Below, piece after piece: positions 1-18,292 of a DNA stretch of 64,000 nt; the first letter of the stretch is position 1; the number at the start of each line of letters is the position of its first letter. The stretch is from the human T2T-CHM13v2.0 reference genome, Homo sapiens, in assembly GCF_009914755.1 (NCBI RefSeq), contig NC_060927.1; one strand, given 5' to 3'. The notes under the pieces are model-generated. The model did no database searches and was not told the DNA's origin. It saw nothing but the letters and a program-made list of their open reading frames with translations. The translations under genes were made by a program, and so were the position numbers.

Positions 1-4592
<4,592 letters not shown>

Positions 4593-4638
4593 ATATATAT
4601 ATATATACACATGTATGTATATATATATATATATATAC

Positions 4639-4678
<40 letters not shown>
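4593..4678. repeat. (TA)n/(TACA) microsatellite at the L1 tail position
   Basis: Direct reading: TATATA... runs immediately after the L1 3' end. Confidence 0.95.
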
Positions 4679-4679
<1 letters not shown>

Positions 4680-7600
4680 GTTACTACTGGTATCAGGTTG
4701 GTACTCTTCAAGGAAAAAGATTCCCCGAGGAAGGAGCAGGCACCCATCTTTGCTGTTTGCTGTTCTCCAGCCTCTTCGGGTGATGTATCTAAGTGAGGGA
4801 GGAACCCAGGTGAATAGGGCCTGAAGTAAACCCCTAGCAAACTTCAGCAGCCCTAGAGAAGAGGGGCCTGACTGTTGAAAGAAAAGCAAACAAGCAGGAA
4901 GCAGTAACAACAGCATCAACAAAAAAATACCCACAAAACCCCATCTAAAGGTCAGCAGCCTCAAAGATCAAAACTACACAAATTCATGAAGACGAGAAAG
5001 AATCAAAGAAAAAAACACTAAAAATGCAAATGGCCAGAGTGCCTCTTCTCCTCCAAATGATTACAACATCTCTCCAGCAAGAGCACAGAACTCGGTGAAG
5101 GCTGAGATGGATCAATTGACAGAAGTAGGCTTCAGAAGATGGGTAATAACAAACTTCACTGAGCTAAAGAAGCATGTTCTAACCCAATCTAAAGAAGCTA
5201 AGAACCATGATAGAAGGTTATAGGAGCTGCTAACTGGAATAACCAGTTTAGAGAGGAAGATAAATGACCTGATGGAGCTGAAAAACACAGCACAAGAACT
5301 TTGTGATGCAAACACAAGTAAAATAGCCAAATCGATGAAGCAGAAAATAAAATATCAGAGCTTGAAGACTATCTTGCTGAAATAAGGCAGGCATACAAGA
5401 TTAGAGAAAAAAGAATGAAAAGGAATGAACAAAACCTCCGACAACTATGGGATTACGAAAAAAGACTGAACCTATGGCTGACTGGAGTACCTGAAAAAGA
5501 CAGAGAGAATGGAAATAAGTTGGCAAACACACTTCAGGATATCATCCAGAAGAGCTTCCCCAACCTAGCAAGACAGGCCAACATGCAAATTTGGCAAATG
5601 CAGAGAACACCATTAAGATGCTTTATGAAAAGATCAACTCCAAGACAAATAATCGTCAGATTCTCCAAGGTTGAAATGAAGGAAATACTGTTAAGGGCAG
5701 CCAGAGAGAAAGGCCTGGTTTCCTACAAAGGGAAGCCCATCAGACTAACAACAGACCTCTCAAGAGAAACCCTATAAGCCAGAAGAGAGTGGTGGCTGAT
5801 ATTCAACATTCTTAAAGAAAAGAATTTCCAACACAGAATTTTATTTCTGGCCAAACTAAGCTTCATAAACAAAGGAGAAATAAAATTCCTTTCAGAGAAG
5901 CAAATGCTGAGGGCTATCATTTCCACCAGTCCTGCCCTGCAAGAGTTCCTGAAAAAAGCACTAAATATGACATGGAAAAACTGGTATTAGCTACTGCAAA
6001 GACACACCAAAAGATAAAGACCAATGACACTATGAGGAAACTGCAACTAGTGTCCAATATAACCAAATAGCATCATGATAACAGGATCAAATTCACACAT
6101 AACAATACTAACCTTAAACGTAAATGGGCTAAATGCCCCAATTAAAAGACACAGACTGGCAAATTGGATAAGGAGTTGAGACCCATTGGTGTGCTGTATT
6201 CAGGAGACCTATCTTCTGTACAAAGACACACACAGGCTCAAAATAAAGGGATGGAGGAAAATTCATCAAGCAACTGGAAAGAAAAAAAAAAAAAGCAGGG
6301 GTTGAGGGGTTGCAATCCTTGTCTCTGACAAAACAGACTTTAAACCAACAAAGATCAAAAAGGACAAAGGAGGACATTACATAATGGTAAAGAGATGAAT
6401 TCAACAAAAAGCACTAACAATTCTAAATATATATGCGCCCAATACAGGAGAACACAGATTCATAAAACATGTTCTTTGAGACCTACAAAGAGACTTAGAC
6501 TCCCACATAATAATAGTGGGAGACTTTAACAACCTACTGTAAATATTAGACAGATCATCAAAACATAAAATTAACAAGAATATCTAATACTTGAACTCAG
6601 CTCTGGATCAAGTGGACTCTGATGGATATCTACAGAACTCTCCACCCCAAGGCAACAGAATATTCATTCTTCTTAGTGCCACATGACTCTTACTCTAAAA
6701 TTAATCACATAACTGGAAGTAGAACACTGCTCAGCAAATGCAAAAGAACTAAAATCATAACAAACAGTCTATCAGACCACAGCACAATCAAATTAAAACT
6801 CAAGATTAAGAAACTCACTCAAAACCATACAGCTATCTGAAGATTGAACAACCTACTCCTGAATGACTCCTGGGTAAATGTATTCATCTGTTTTCATGCT
6901 GCTGATAAAGACATACCCGATACTGGGCAATTTATAAAAGAGGTTTAATTGGACTTACAGTTCCATGTGGCTGGGGAAGCCTCACAATCATGGCGGAAGG
7001 CAAGGAGGAGCAAGTCACGTCTTACATGAATGGCAGCAGGCAAAAAGAGAGCTAGTGCAGAGAAGCTCCCATTTTTAAAACCATCAGATCTTGTGAGACC
7101 CATTCACTATCATGAGAACAGCATGGGAAAGACCCACCCCCATGATTCAATCATCTCTTATGGTCTCTCCCACAACATGTGGAAATTATGGGTGCTACAA
7201 GATGAGATTTGGGTGGAGACACAGAGCCAAACTGTATCAGTAAATAATGAAATTAAGGCAGAAATCAAGAAGTTATTTGAAACCAATGAGAACAAAGAGA
7301 CAATGTACCCAAATCTCTGGGACACAGCTAAAGCCGTGTTAAGAGGGAAATTTATAGCACTAAATGCCCACATCACAAAGCTAGAAAGATCTCAAATTGA
7401 CACCCTAACATCACAACTAAAAGAACTAGAGAAGCAAGAACAAATAAATCTAAAAGCTAGTGGAAAACAAGAAATAACCAAGATCAGAGTGGAACTGAAG
7501 GAGACAGAGACATGAAAAACCCTTCAAAAAAAATCAATGAATCCAGGAGCTTTTTTTTTTTGAAAATATTAATAAAATATAGACTGCTAGCTAGACTAAT

Positions 7601-10512
7601 AAAGAAGAAAAGAGAGAAGAATCAAATAGACACAATAAAAAATGATAAAGGGGATATCACCAATGACTCCACAGAAATACAACAAACCATCAGAGAATAT
7701 TATAAACACCTCTATACAAATAAACTAGAAAATATAGAAGAAATGGATAAATTCCTGGACATATACACCATCCCAAGACTAAACCAGGAAGAAGTTGAAT
7801 CCTTGAATAGACCAATAACAATTTCTACTATAGGGGCAGTAATAAATTGCCTACCAAAAAAAAACCCAGGACAAGATAGATTTACAGCTGAATTCTACCA
7901 GAAATACAAAGAGGGACTGGTACCATTCGTTCTGAAACTATTCCAAACAACTGAAAGGAAGGACTCCTCCTTAATTCATTTTAGGAGGCAGCGTAACCCT
8001 GATACCAAAACTTGGCAGAGATACAACAAAAAAAGAAAACTTCAGGCAAATATTCCTGATGAACATCAAGGCTAAAATCCTCAATAAAATACTGGCAAAC
8101 TGAATCCAGCAGCCCATCAAAAAGTTTATCCACCACGATCAAGTCAGCTTCATACCCGGGATGCAAGGCTGGTTCAACATATGCAAATCAATAAACATAA
8201 TTCATCACATAAACAGAACTAATGACAAAACCTACATGATTATTTCAATAGACATAGAAAAGGCCTTCAATACCATTCAACATCCCTTCATGTCAATAAC
8301 TCTCAATAAACTAAGTACTGATGGAACATATCTCAAAATAATAAGAGCCATTTATGATGAACCCACAGCCAATATCATACTGAATGGGCAACAGCTGGAA
8401 GAATTCCCTTTGAAAACCAGCACAAGACAAGGATACTCTCTCTCACTACTCCTGTATAACATAGTATTGGAAGTTCTGGCCAGGGAAATCAGGCAAGAGA
8501 TAGAAATAAAGGGTATTCAAATAGGAAGAGAGGAAGTCAAATTGTCTCTGTTTGCAAATGACATGATCCTATATTTAGAAAACCCCATTATCTCAACCCC
8601 AAAGCTTCTTAAGCTGATAAGCAAATTCAGCAAAATTTCAGGATACAAAATCAAGCAATGTGTAAAAATCATAAGCATTCCTATAGACCAAAGAATAGAC
8701 AAGCAGAGAGCCAGATCATGAATGAACTCCCATTTACAATTGCTACAAAGAGAATAAAATACCTAGAAATACAACTAACAAGGGATGTGAAGGACATCTT
8801 CAAGAAGAACTACAAACCATTGCTCAAGGAAATAAGAGAAGACACAAACAAATGGAAAAACATTCCATGCTTGTGAACAGGAAGAATCAATATCATAAAA
8901 ATGGCCAAACTGCCCAAAATAATTTATAAATTTAATGCTACTTCCATTAAACTACCATTGACATTCTTCACAGAATTAGAAAAAAAACTGCTTTAAATTT
9001 CATATGGAACCAAAAAAGAGCCCTTATAGCCAAGACAATCCTAAGCAAAAAGAACAAAGCTGGAGGCATCATGCTACATGACTTCAAACTATTTTACAAG
9101 GCTATAGTAACCAAAACAGCAAGGTACTGGTACCAAAACAGACATACAGATGAATGGAATGGAATAGAGATCTCAGAAATAAGACCAGACATCTACAACC
9201 ATCTGATCTTTGACAAACCTGACAAAAACAAGAAATGGGGAAAGGAAAATTATTCCCTATTTAATAAAAATAAGTGGGAAAACTGGCTAGCCATATGCAG
9301 AATATTGAAATTGGACCCCTTCCTTATATTTTACACAAAAATTAACTCAAGATGGATTAAAGACTTAAATGTAAAAACAAAAACTATAAAAACCCATGAA
9401 GAAAATCTAGGCAATGCCATTTAGGACAAGAATGAGAAAATATTTCATGACAAATACATCAAAAGCAATTGCAACAAAAGTAAAAATTAACAAACGGGAC
9501 TTAATTAAACTAAGGAGCTTCTGGACAGCAAAAGAAATTAGCATCAGAGTGAACAGATAACCTAATGAGTGAGAGAAAAGTTTTGCAGTCTTTCTATCTT
9601 ACAAATGTCTAATATCCAGAATCTACAAGGAACTTAAACAAATTTACAAGAAAAAAACCAACCCCATCAAAAAGTGGGCAAAGGACATGAACAGCCACTT
9701 CTCAAAATAAGACATTTATGTGGCCAGCAAACATGAAAAAAAGCTCAACATCACTGATCACTAGAGAAATGCAAATCAAAACCACAATGAGATACCATCT
9801 CATGCCAGTCAGAATGATTACTGAAAAGTCAAGAAACAATGGATGCTGGCGAGGCTGTGGAGAAATAGGAATGCTTTTACACTGTCGGTGGGAATCTAAA
9901 CTAAACCATTGTGGAAGACAGTGTGGTGACTCCTCAAGGATCTGGAACCAGAAATACCATTCGACCCACCTATCCCATTACTGGGTATATAACAGAAGGA
10001 ATATGAATCATTCTATTATAAAGATAAACGCACATGTATGTTAATTGCAGCACTATTCACAATAGCAAAGACATGGAATCAACCCAAATGCTCATCAATG
10101 ATAGACTGGATAAAAAGAATATGGTATATATACACCATGGAATACTACGCAGCCATAAAAAGGAATGAGATCATGTCCTTTGCAGGACATGGATGGAGCT
10201 GGAAGCCATCATTCTCAGCAAACAAACACAGGAGCAGAAAACCTAACACAGCTTGTTCTCACTCATAAGTGGGAGCTCAACAATGAGAGCACATAGACAC
10301 AGGGAGGGGAGCAACATACACTGGGGCATGTTGGGGCAGTAGTAGGGGAGATAGCATCAGGATAAATAGCTAATGCATGTGGGGCTTAATACCTAGGTGA
10401 TGGCTTGATGGTTGCAGCAAACCACCATGGCACACATTTACCTATGTAACAAACCTGCATGTCCTGCACATGTATCCCAGAACTTAAAATAAAATAAAAT
10501 ATATATTAAAAA
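4679..10512 (+). mobile_element. Near full-length older LINE-1 (L1PA13-like): partial 5'UTR, ORF1, ORF2, 3'UTR, all inactivated
   Basis: ORF1 fragment 5415-5777 (...YKGKPIRLT), ORF2 fragments 6622-10268. 3'UTR 'gcatcaggataaatagctaatgcatg...cttaatacctaggtgatgg' resembles L1PA13; AT-rich tail 10486-10512. Confidence 0.93.
6879..7239 (-). mobile_element. THE1 (B/C-like) MaLR solo LTR nested in L1 ORF2
   Basis: TG...CA termini and perfect 5-bp TSD GTAAA (6874-6878 / 7240-7244); L1 sequence resumes exactly after it. Confidence 0.93.
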
Positions 10513-10729
10513 CAGCTATGTGGGGAAACGTTATTTCTTTTCACTGACTGAGCTCAGAGTTAGGTCAAATAAAGACAAGCTCTGCAAATGGATTTTCAAG
10601 GGAACTTGTAGACCAGTAAAATGGCAGCAATTCTTAGAGGATAAAAATTTTAGAGAGGTCCAATCATGTTCTGTTCCCTCCAGTGACTGATTGCTTGGCT
10701 GCTAGTTTTCACATTTACTAATTTCTCTC

Positions 10730-11579
10730 TTTCTCTCTGTTGTAACAAATTAACACAAACAGTAGTTTAAAGGAATACAAGTGTATTGTCTTTCATTTCT
10801 GGAGGTCCGAAGTCTTAAATGATTCCTCACAGTTATTGTTCCAGAAACTATATAAAGAATACTTGTTTGCCTTTTCGATCTTCTAATCTTCTGACCTTGT
10901 GATCTCTCATAAGGACCTTTGCCATTACAGAAGACCCACCCAGATGGTGTGGAATAATCTCCCATCTAGAGATCCTTCAATTAGTCATGATTGAAGCTAC
11001 CTTTTTCCATGTAGGCAATACATTTATGATTTCCAGGGAGTATAATATGAACATGCTGGGAACTATTTTTCTCTCTACTATATTTCTCCCACTTGCTTCA
11101 AAAGATTCATAGCCATCTCACATGCAAGGCACATTTACCCCATTCCGGGTCTCCAAAACCTCAACACATTACAGCATCTACTCAAGTCCAAAAATCTCAT
11201 CATAAAAGTCCCAGATCTTTTCATGTAGACCATATGTTGATAATAATTTTGAGAATGATCCATCTGGGTCAAAATTTCTCTCTTACTGTGGACTTCTGAA
11301 ACTGGAAAAGTAGTTAGTGCTCCCAAAACACAATAATGGGACATGTATAGGATACCTATTATAGATGTTTGTATTCAAAAGGGGGAAAAAATAGAAGAAA
11401 AAGAGGAACCACCATTTGGAGGAAATTTGAAATTCAGCAAAGCAAACTCCATTAGCTCTCAAGGCCTGAGAATATTCCTTTGTGGTTGTCAGCTCCATTC
11501 TCTGGGCTGAGAGCTCTCTGCATTCTGGGCTGACAACTCTGCCATGAGAATACTTCCTTCCTTCTTTGAAAATGAAGCA
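10730..11579 (-). mobile_element. MLT1 (MaLR) LTR remnant followed by MLT1-internal sequence, which continues after the L1 at ~14846-15050
   Basis: MLT1-like motifs (tgtaacaaatta...cataaggacctttg...ataatctcccatct). Internal-like sequence is interrupted at 11580 and resumes 'tgttttcagctgagtaattttatt'. Confidence 0.6.
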
Positions 11580-13416
11580 TGCCTCGTAGATCTGTTTGAC
11601 ACTGTCAATGAGATGTTGAAGACTCCCCCTATTATTGTGATTATCTAATTGTGGTTATCTAAGTCTCTTTGCAGAACTCTAAGAACTTGTTTTATGAATC
11701 TGGGTGTTCCAGTGTTGGGTTTACATATATTTAGGATAGTTAAGTCTTTTTGTTGAATTGAACACTTTCTTGTTATGTAATGCTTTGACTTTTTAGGTTA
11801 TTTACAGTCTGCTTGATCTGAAATAAGAATATCAATTCCTGCTGTTTTTCGTTTTCCATTTGCTTAATAGATATTTCTCCATCCCTCTACCTTGCGCTTG
11901 TGGGTGTCATTACAGTTGAGATGGGTCTCTTGAAGACAGTATATGGTTGGGTCTTGCTTCTTTATTCAGCTTGCCACTCTCTGCCTTTTAGGTAGGGCAT
12001 TTAGCCCATCTACATTCAAAATCAATATCGATATGTGAGAATTTGATGCTGTCATCATGTTGTTAGCTGGTTATTATATAGACCTGATTGTATAGTTGCT
12101 TTATAGTGTCAGTGGGCTATGCACTTAAGTATGTTTTTGTGGAGACAGCTACAGTTCTTTTGATTCCATGTTTAGCACTCCCTTAAAGACTTCTTGTAAG
12201 GCAGGCCTACTGGTAACAAATTCCTTAGAATTTGCTTGCCTAAAAAAGATATCATTTCTTCTTCACATTTGAAGCTCAATTTGGGTGAATATAAAATTCT
12301 TGGTTGGAATTTCTTTTCTTTAATAATGCTGAATGTAGCTCCCCAATCTCTTCTGGCTTGTGTGGTTTCTTCTAAAACTTCTGCTGTTAGACTACTAGGG
12401 TTCCTTTTTTAGGTGATCTGCCCCTTCTCTCTAGTTGCCTTTAAGATTTTTTTGTTGGTTTGTTTGCATTGACTTAGAAAACCTGATAACTATGTGTCTC
12501 GGGGATGTTTTTCTTGTACAGTATCTTACAGGGTTCTCTGAATTTCTTAAATTTTCACACTGAAAATTCTCTAGTGGAGTTGGGGAAATTTTCTTGGACA
12601 ATATCTTCAACAATGTTTTCCAAGTGCTTGCTCTTTCTCCATCATTTTCAAGAATGCCAATGAGTCATAAGCTTGTTCTGTTTACGTAATCCCTTATTTC
12701 TCAGATGTGTTCTTCATTTAAAAAAATATTAAATTTTGTCTGCCTGCATTGAGTCAAAGGAATGTTCTTCAAGCTCTGAGATTCTTACTTCAGTTCATTC
12801 TACTCTGTTGTTAATGCTTCCAATTGCATTATTAAATTCCTGAAGTGAATTTTTTATTTCCAGAAGCTATTTTGGTGCTTCCTTAAAATGACTATGCCAC
12901 TTTTCAACTCTTGGATCATATTATTAGTTTTCTTGAATTGGGTTTCAAACTGCTTCTGTATCTTTGAGGTTCCTTGCTATCCATACTCTGAATTCTATGT
13001 CTGTCACTTCAGCCATTTCAGTGTGACCAAGAACCAGGAGCTACTGCAGTTGATTGGAGGTAAGAAGACACTCTGGCTTTAAGAGTTTTCAGAGTTCCTG
13101 CACTGTCTTTTCCTCATCTGTGTGGACTGGTGTTCATTTAATCTTTGAGGTTGCTGTCCTTTGGATGGGTCTTTGTGTTTTTGTATCCTTTGATGCCCTG
13201 AAGGATTTGACTGTGTTATAAGTTGGGTTTAGTCAACTGGCTTCATTTCTGAATGCTTACATGGCTCTGAGGCTCAGATCAGCAATTCTCAGCTGTATGT
13301 TCCGACCCTACTGACCTGGAAACAGGCCTTCAGTTGTATGTGCTGGCCCCTTGAGATCAAATACTCACTGCATCGGAGAGGCTGAGGTGTTCCCAGTCCA
13401 CTGGCAACAATACTCT
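11580..13416 (-). mobile_element. Inverted 5' part of an old L1 (L1PB/L1MA-like): 5'UTR end, ORF1, start of ORF2
   Basis: Minus-strand ORF1 fragment (12431-12613 ...PRHIVIRFSK); reverse complement at 11580-11640 encodes the degenerate GDFNTPL..DRS region of the endonuclease. Confidence 0.88.
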
Positions 13417-14835
13417 GCAGAAAACTAATGAAGCTATTCAGGACTTAAACTCAACACTTGACCAAACAGATGTAACAGACATCTATAGAATAATCCACAC
13501 AACAACGACAGGTATACATTCTTCTCATCTCCACACAGCACATACTCTAAGATCAACCACATACTTGTGCATAAAGCAATTCACAAAAAATTTAAAAAAA
13601 AATCATACTCATCACAGTCTTGGACTACAGTGCAATAAAAATATAAATCAATACTAAGGAGATATATCCAAACCATACAATTACATGGAAATTAAACAGC
13701 TTGCTCCTGAATGACTTTTGGGTAAAGAATAAAATTAAGTCAGATCAAAAAAAATTTGAAACTAATGAAAACAAAGATAAAACACACCAGAATCTCTGGG
13801 ACACAGCTAAAGAAGTAGGAAGGGGAAAGTTTATAGTGCCAAACAGGTACATCAAGAAGTTAGAAAGTACTCAAATTAACAAGCTAACATCACACCTGGA
13901 GGAATTTTAAAAAAAAAGAAGAGGAAACCAACCCCAAAGCTCACAGAAGAAAAGAAATAACCAAAACCAGAGCTAATTGAATGAATATGAGATGTGAAAA
14001 ACCATACAAAAGATTAACTTAGACCAAAACTTGGTTTTTTAAAAGAAAAATCAAGCTTGCTTTGATAGACCACTAGCTAGATGAATAAAGAAAAAAAGAG
14101 AAAATCCAAATAAACATAATCATAAATGACAAAGGAGACATTAATATGGACCCCACAGAAATACAAAAAAAAAGTCTCAAAGACCGTTACAAACACTTCT
14201 ATGTACACATATTAGAAAATCTAGAAGAAATAAATAAATTTCTGGAAATACATGACCTCCCAACATTAAACCAGGAAGAAATTGAAATCCTGAACAGACC
14301 AAAAACAAGATCCAAAACTGAATGAGTAATAAAAAACCTACCAACAAGAAAAAGCCTTGGACTAGGCTATTTCTACAAGATATACAAATAATAGATGATA
14401 ACAGTCCCACTGGAACTATTGCAAAAAATTGAGGAGGAGGGACTATCTTCTAACTCATTTTAGGAGGCCAGCATTATTCTCATACCAAAATCTGGCAGAA
14501 ACACTACAAATGAAAATCTTCAGAACAATATCCCTGTTGTAAAACCCCTCAACAAAATATGCAAACCAAATCCAGTAGCACATCAAAAAGCTAATCCATC
14601 ATGATTGAGTAGGCTTTAATCCTGTAATGCGAGATTGGTTCAGCATATGCAATTCACGAAATGTGATTCATCACATAAACAGAACTAAGAACAAAAACCA
14701 CATGATCATTTCAATAGACATAAAAAAGGCTTTTGATAAAAATTCAATATTCCTTCATGTTAAAAACACTCAACAGCTAGGCAGTGAAAGAATATACCTC
14801 AAAATAATAAGAGCCATCTATGACAAACAAAAAAA
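13417..14835 (+). mobile_element. Forward part of the same L1: ORF2 from the endonuclease to mid-RT, 3'-truncated
   Basis: Begins 'gcagaaaactaat' (RQKTN), continuing from the inverted part; ORFs 13701-13910 and 14627-; ends at ...IRAIYDK followed by A7. Confidence 0.9.
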
Positions 14836-16582
14836 GGTAAGCATGTGTTTTCAGCTGAGTAATTTTATTAGGCAATATTCTGTTTATAGCATTTCGGGAG
14901 TCCAACAAATTTCTTTGATTTCTTCTTTCTGTTTTTCAGTCCAAGGTGGCGTTTTTTTTTTTTTTTTTTTTTTTGCAAGTGTAAAAACTTTGAGAACATT
15001 GTGTCTCTAAAGTATATGTCACTGGATTCATTCCATAGACATTATGTTGACATTAATAATGTGTAAGATAATATGTTTATGGTTTTGGGGAATATGACAT
15101 ACACATCTTTAGGTGGAATTTTTCTGTTGATTACATCATGGCTACTGTGACTACAGAGCTGTTGGTTTGCAAATCTTCTGTGAATCTGGGGATTGGAGGA
15201 TGGAAATAGAACAAGTTGAAATTCCACAGCTCACTGTTCTATGATAGTTTCACATTTTTTAAGATGACCTTTAGATTGAGGTCATTGGTTAATGTTCGGA
15301 GTTCTAAAATTTTGGTTTTGACCATTTTTACCTGGGTTCTGACTGCTTTCTTTGAGGCACAGATTTTTGGAGCCCTTATTCTGAATTGTTTTGTGCATAT
15401 GAAATTGTACATAGAGACTATTATTTGAAATTAAAACAAATAAGAACTATGTCACATCTATGTATAATGGTAAGTACATAAATATTTCATATACATGAAT
15501 GGCAATGTACTTAATTTAAAAATCCCAGATATGTATGTATTTATTAATTTTTATGTTTTATTAAGTATATTACTGTTTTTCATGTTGTCTACATGTGTGC
15601 ATATACAGTGCATATGTGTATATATGTTTTAATACTTGCTAATAAGTATAACTATATTGATTTTTAAACATACATGTCACCAGACAAAATATTTAATTAT
15701 GCCAGACAAACTGGTGGTCTTCCAGTTGTTTTGTCAAAGAATCTCAATGTTACATTGTTGTATTATTCTTAAGTCTATTTAATTTGATAAAGTAATATAT
15801 TGCTGTCAGTGAACCTAAAATACAAACAGTTTTTAAACACTCATGGTTTAAATACTTTCTAAATCACAGATCTTCAAAGAATAGTAATAATCACACAATT
15901 ATATTAGTTGGAAAGTTCTCCTGAAGTCTTAGAAGGAATATGATTTTGCATTATGCTTCACCCAAATATATAGGTTTCTTAATTTTGAAAGAAAATTCAG
16001 ACTTTCCATCATGAGGTCTCATACTTATGAAACACTCTTATCTCTAGAAGTGTTTCCTAGTGGGTTCACTGTAGAAACTTGCAGATCATTTGTAGGTCAA
16101 CTCTGATCCCAGTTTTATGGATCAAAATATGAGCCTCAGAGATGTTGTGTTATCCATTAGATTTATACATGGAAGAGCTATAAAGTGAATCCAGGTATCC
16201 TAAAGAAGAGGAATGGCAGGAATAGTTGACATAAATAATGGATTGGGAAAGAGGAGTATCAATTAGAGTAGGAGAGAAGAGGTTCATTCAGGGTCAGACA
16301 TATTTCATATACATGGTGATTTTCAAGTTAGATGTAAGATGAAGTTGGAGGCTTTGTTACACTCCAACTATGGCATTCGTTTTTCTTCTCTCTAGAGAAG
16401 AACATAAATGTCTTCTTCCTATTTTTGGACACTTTGTACTGAGTGGAAGCTCAGAGATTTGTCCCAAACCTGGAATCCTAGGCAATGTCTCTAAAAATAC
16501 ATCACAATATTCTTTTATATTATATGGGCAACAATGAAGCATCAGCAAAGTAATAAATTCTGAATACTACAGTTTCCCAGTC

Positions 16583-16925
16583 CAATGGACTGAATATATC
16601 TTTCTGAAATTAATATGTTAAAGTCCTAACTCCCAGAGGTTTTAGGAAGTAGGGCTTTTGGAAGATGATTAGGCCACAAGGGAGGAGTTCTCAGAATTGG
16701 GAGCAATGCCCTTATAGAAATAGACCCCAGAAAGACCCCTCCCCGCTTCTGCCCTGTGAGGTTACAGTGAGAAGTTGGTCATCTGTGAGGAAGTGAACCC
16801 TCATCAGACACCAAATCTGTTTAATTCTGGGCTTCCCAGCCTCTGGAAGTACAGAAACCAGTTTCTGTTATTATAAGTCACCCAGTCTATGGTATTTGTT
16901 ACAGCAGTTCACACTGTTTAAGATA
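16583..16925 (+). mobile_element. MLT1A-like MaLR solo LTR
   Basis: Typical motifs: tggactgaat...gcccttata...ccctcatcagacaccaaatctg...cttcccagcct...ataagtcacccagtctatggtatttgttacagcag. Confidence 0.8.
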
Positions 16926-17061
16926 CCTAGTATGAGTTTAAGGTCCCCATTAGGTAGTTCGTGAATAGGAACATATGCATAAACAAAAGGGAGTATGTAG
17001 TAGTTATAGAGATCAACATTTGAAGCACGTTAGTCTCTGGAAACTACATGTCATTGGCTAC

Positions 17062-17160
17062 CTGGGAGGTGAATTTGAAAAGGCTTCATTCTCCATTCGG
17101 CCCACAATCCAGAGTCTCTCAGAATTATTGCTAGGAAGAATCTAAGATGGGCAGATACAA
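17062..17160 (-). other. PLSCR2: Possible distal non-coding first exon of PLSCR2; 5' end approximate
   Basis: Minus-strand donor CAG|GTAGCC (GT at 17061-17060) in non-repeat sequence. The position agrees with my recollection that PLSCR2 starts roughly 19 kb downstream of the PLSCR1 3' end on the same strand. Not provable from sequence alone. Confidence 0.35.
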
Positions 17161-18292
17161 GCAACCACAACAATAGACATTCCATTTAGAACTTTGAAGC
17201 TGACTAGTTCTATGAATAATTGTACGCATACCAGGATATAAAGCTTGTAATTCTCCCATGGTGTTGGAATGGCAGCAAAGGCTCAAAGCAGTGGTCATGC
17301 CTCCTGCAAGCAGTGTGCCACCTCAAAGCAGTATTCACACCTCAAAGTAGTATGTCACACCTCCTATATTCCAATAATTGATCAAGTGGGGCCAGTTCCA
17401 CATGAAGTTTCTGATACCTAAGGCTTTACCACTACATGTTAAACAATAAAATGGAACAATCAAATAATTACATGATGGTGCATAAAATGGTTTCAGAGCA
17501 TTGTACGTTGTCCTCTGTTGTACTAGTTTCATTACTTTGCACTTTGTGCAAGAGCACACTGTTATTGGGAGATCTTCTCAGTCATATAAAAAGAGAGAAA
17601 GCCTAAGTGGAATGTAAATTAGAACATTATGTTTTGTAGTAGGATTTGAGTAAGAGGAAAAGTATCTCTTTGGTATCTCAGAACAGAAAGGAAAAGTATT
17701 CACAATGTATGAGAGATGAAACAACCTGGATACACATTTCAATTACAGGATCTAGAAGCAGAATGTTAAGGATACTATGGTAAGTGACTCTCTTGTGTGG
17801 GCCCATTTGCCAAGCTTAGCTATGGACAACACAACAGCCTTGGGTGTCTGTAATCCTCTCTGAACAAAGTGAAGGGATTTGGACTCTTGTGAAGGTACAT
17901 GGGCATGAAGTTACTTCTTCCACTGACTATGATGTCAATGAATCCCAGGGTGGTGGTGGGGGCGGGGTTGCATTTCCTGTGAATAAGGGCACAGGTTTAG
18001 CACCTCACAGCAGCATCTGGTCAAGACAGATAAGAACCTACTGGCATTAATCAGTGGAAACAATACAGGATAAAGGCTGCCACTTTATGAAAGATGAGCT
18101 TGGCCTGTCCAAAATAAATTGTGTAACTTCCCCATGGAGAAGACAAGAGAGGCTAAATGGGTCACAAGCAAATAGTCTCATAAGCCCTCAGCCAGATTAG
18201 CATGTTGAAAACCTCCCCTTTATCTGGGCCAGTAAGGAGCAACTTAGCCTCCCAGAACTGGGCCCTCTTGGATCCACTAACCTAGATCATAG

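Noticed and set aside
7030-7515. 161-aa chimeric ORF running from THE1 into L1 ORF2
   Set aside because: Chance in-frame fusion of antisense THE1 sequence with the L1 remnant; no sign of a promoter or splicing that would express it.
17330-18290. Sequence vaguely resembling ERVL internal remnants around the LTR12C insertion site
   Set aside because: Too degraded to assign by eye; no pol/gag motif could be read.
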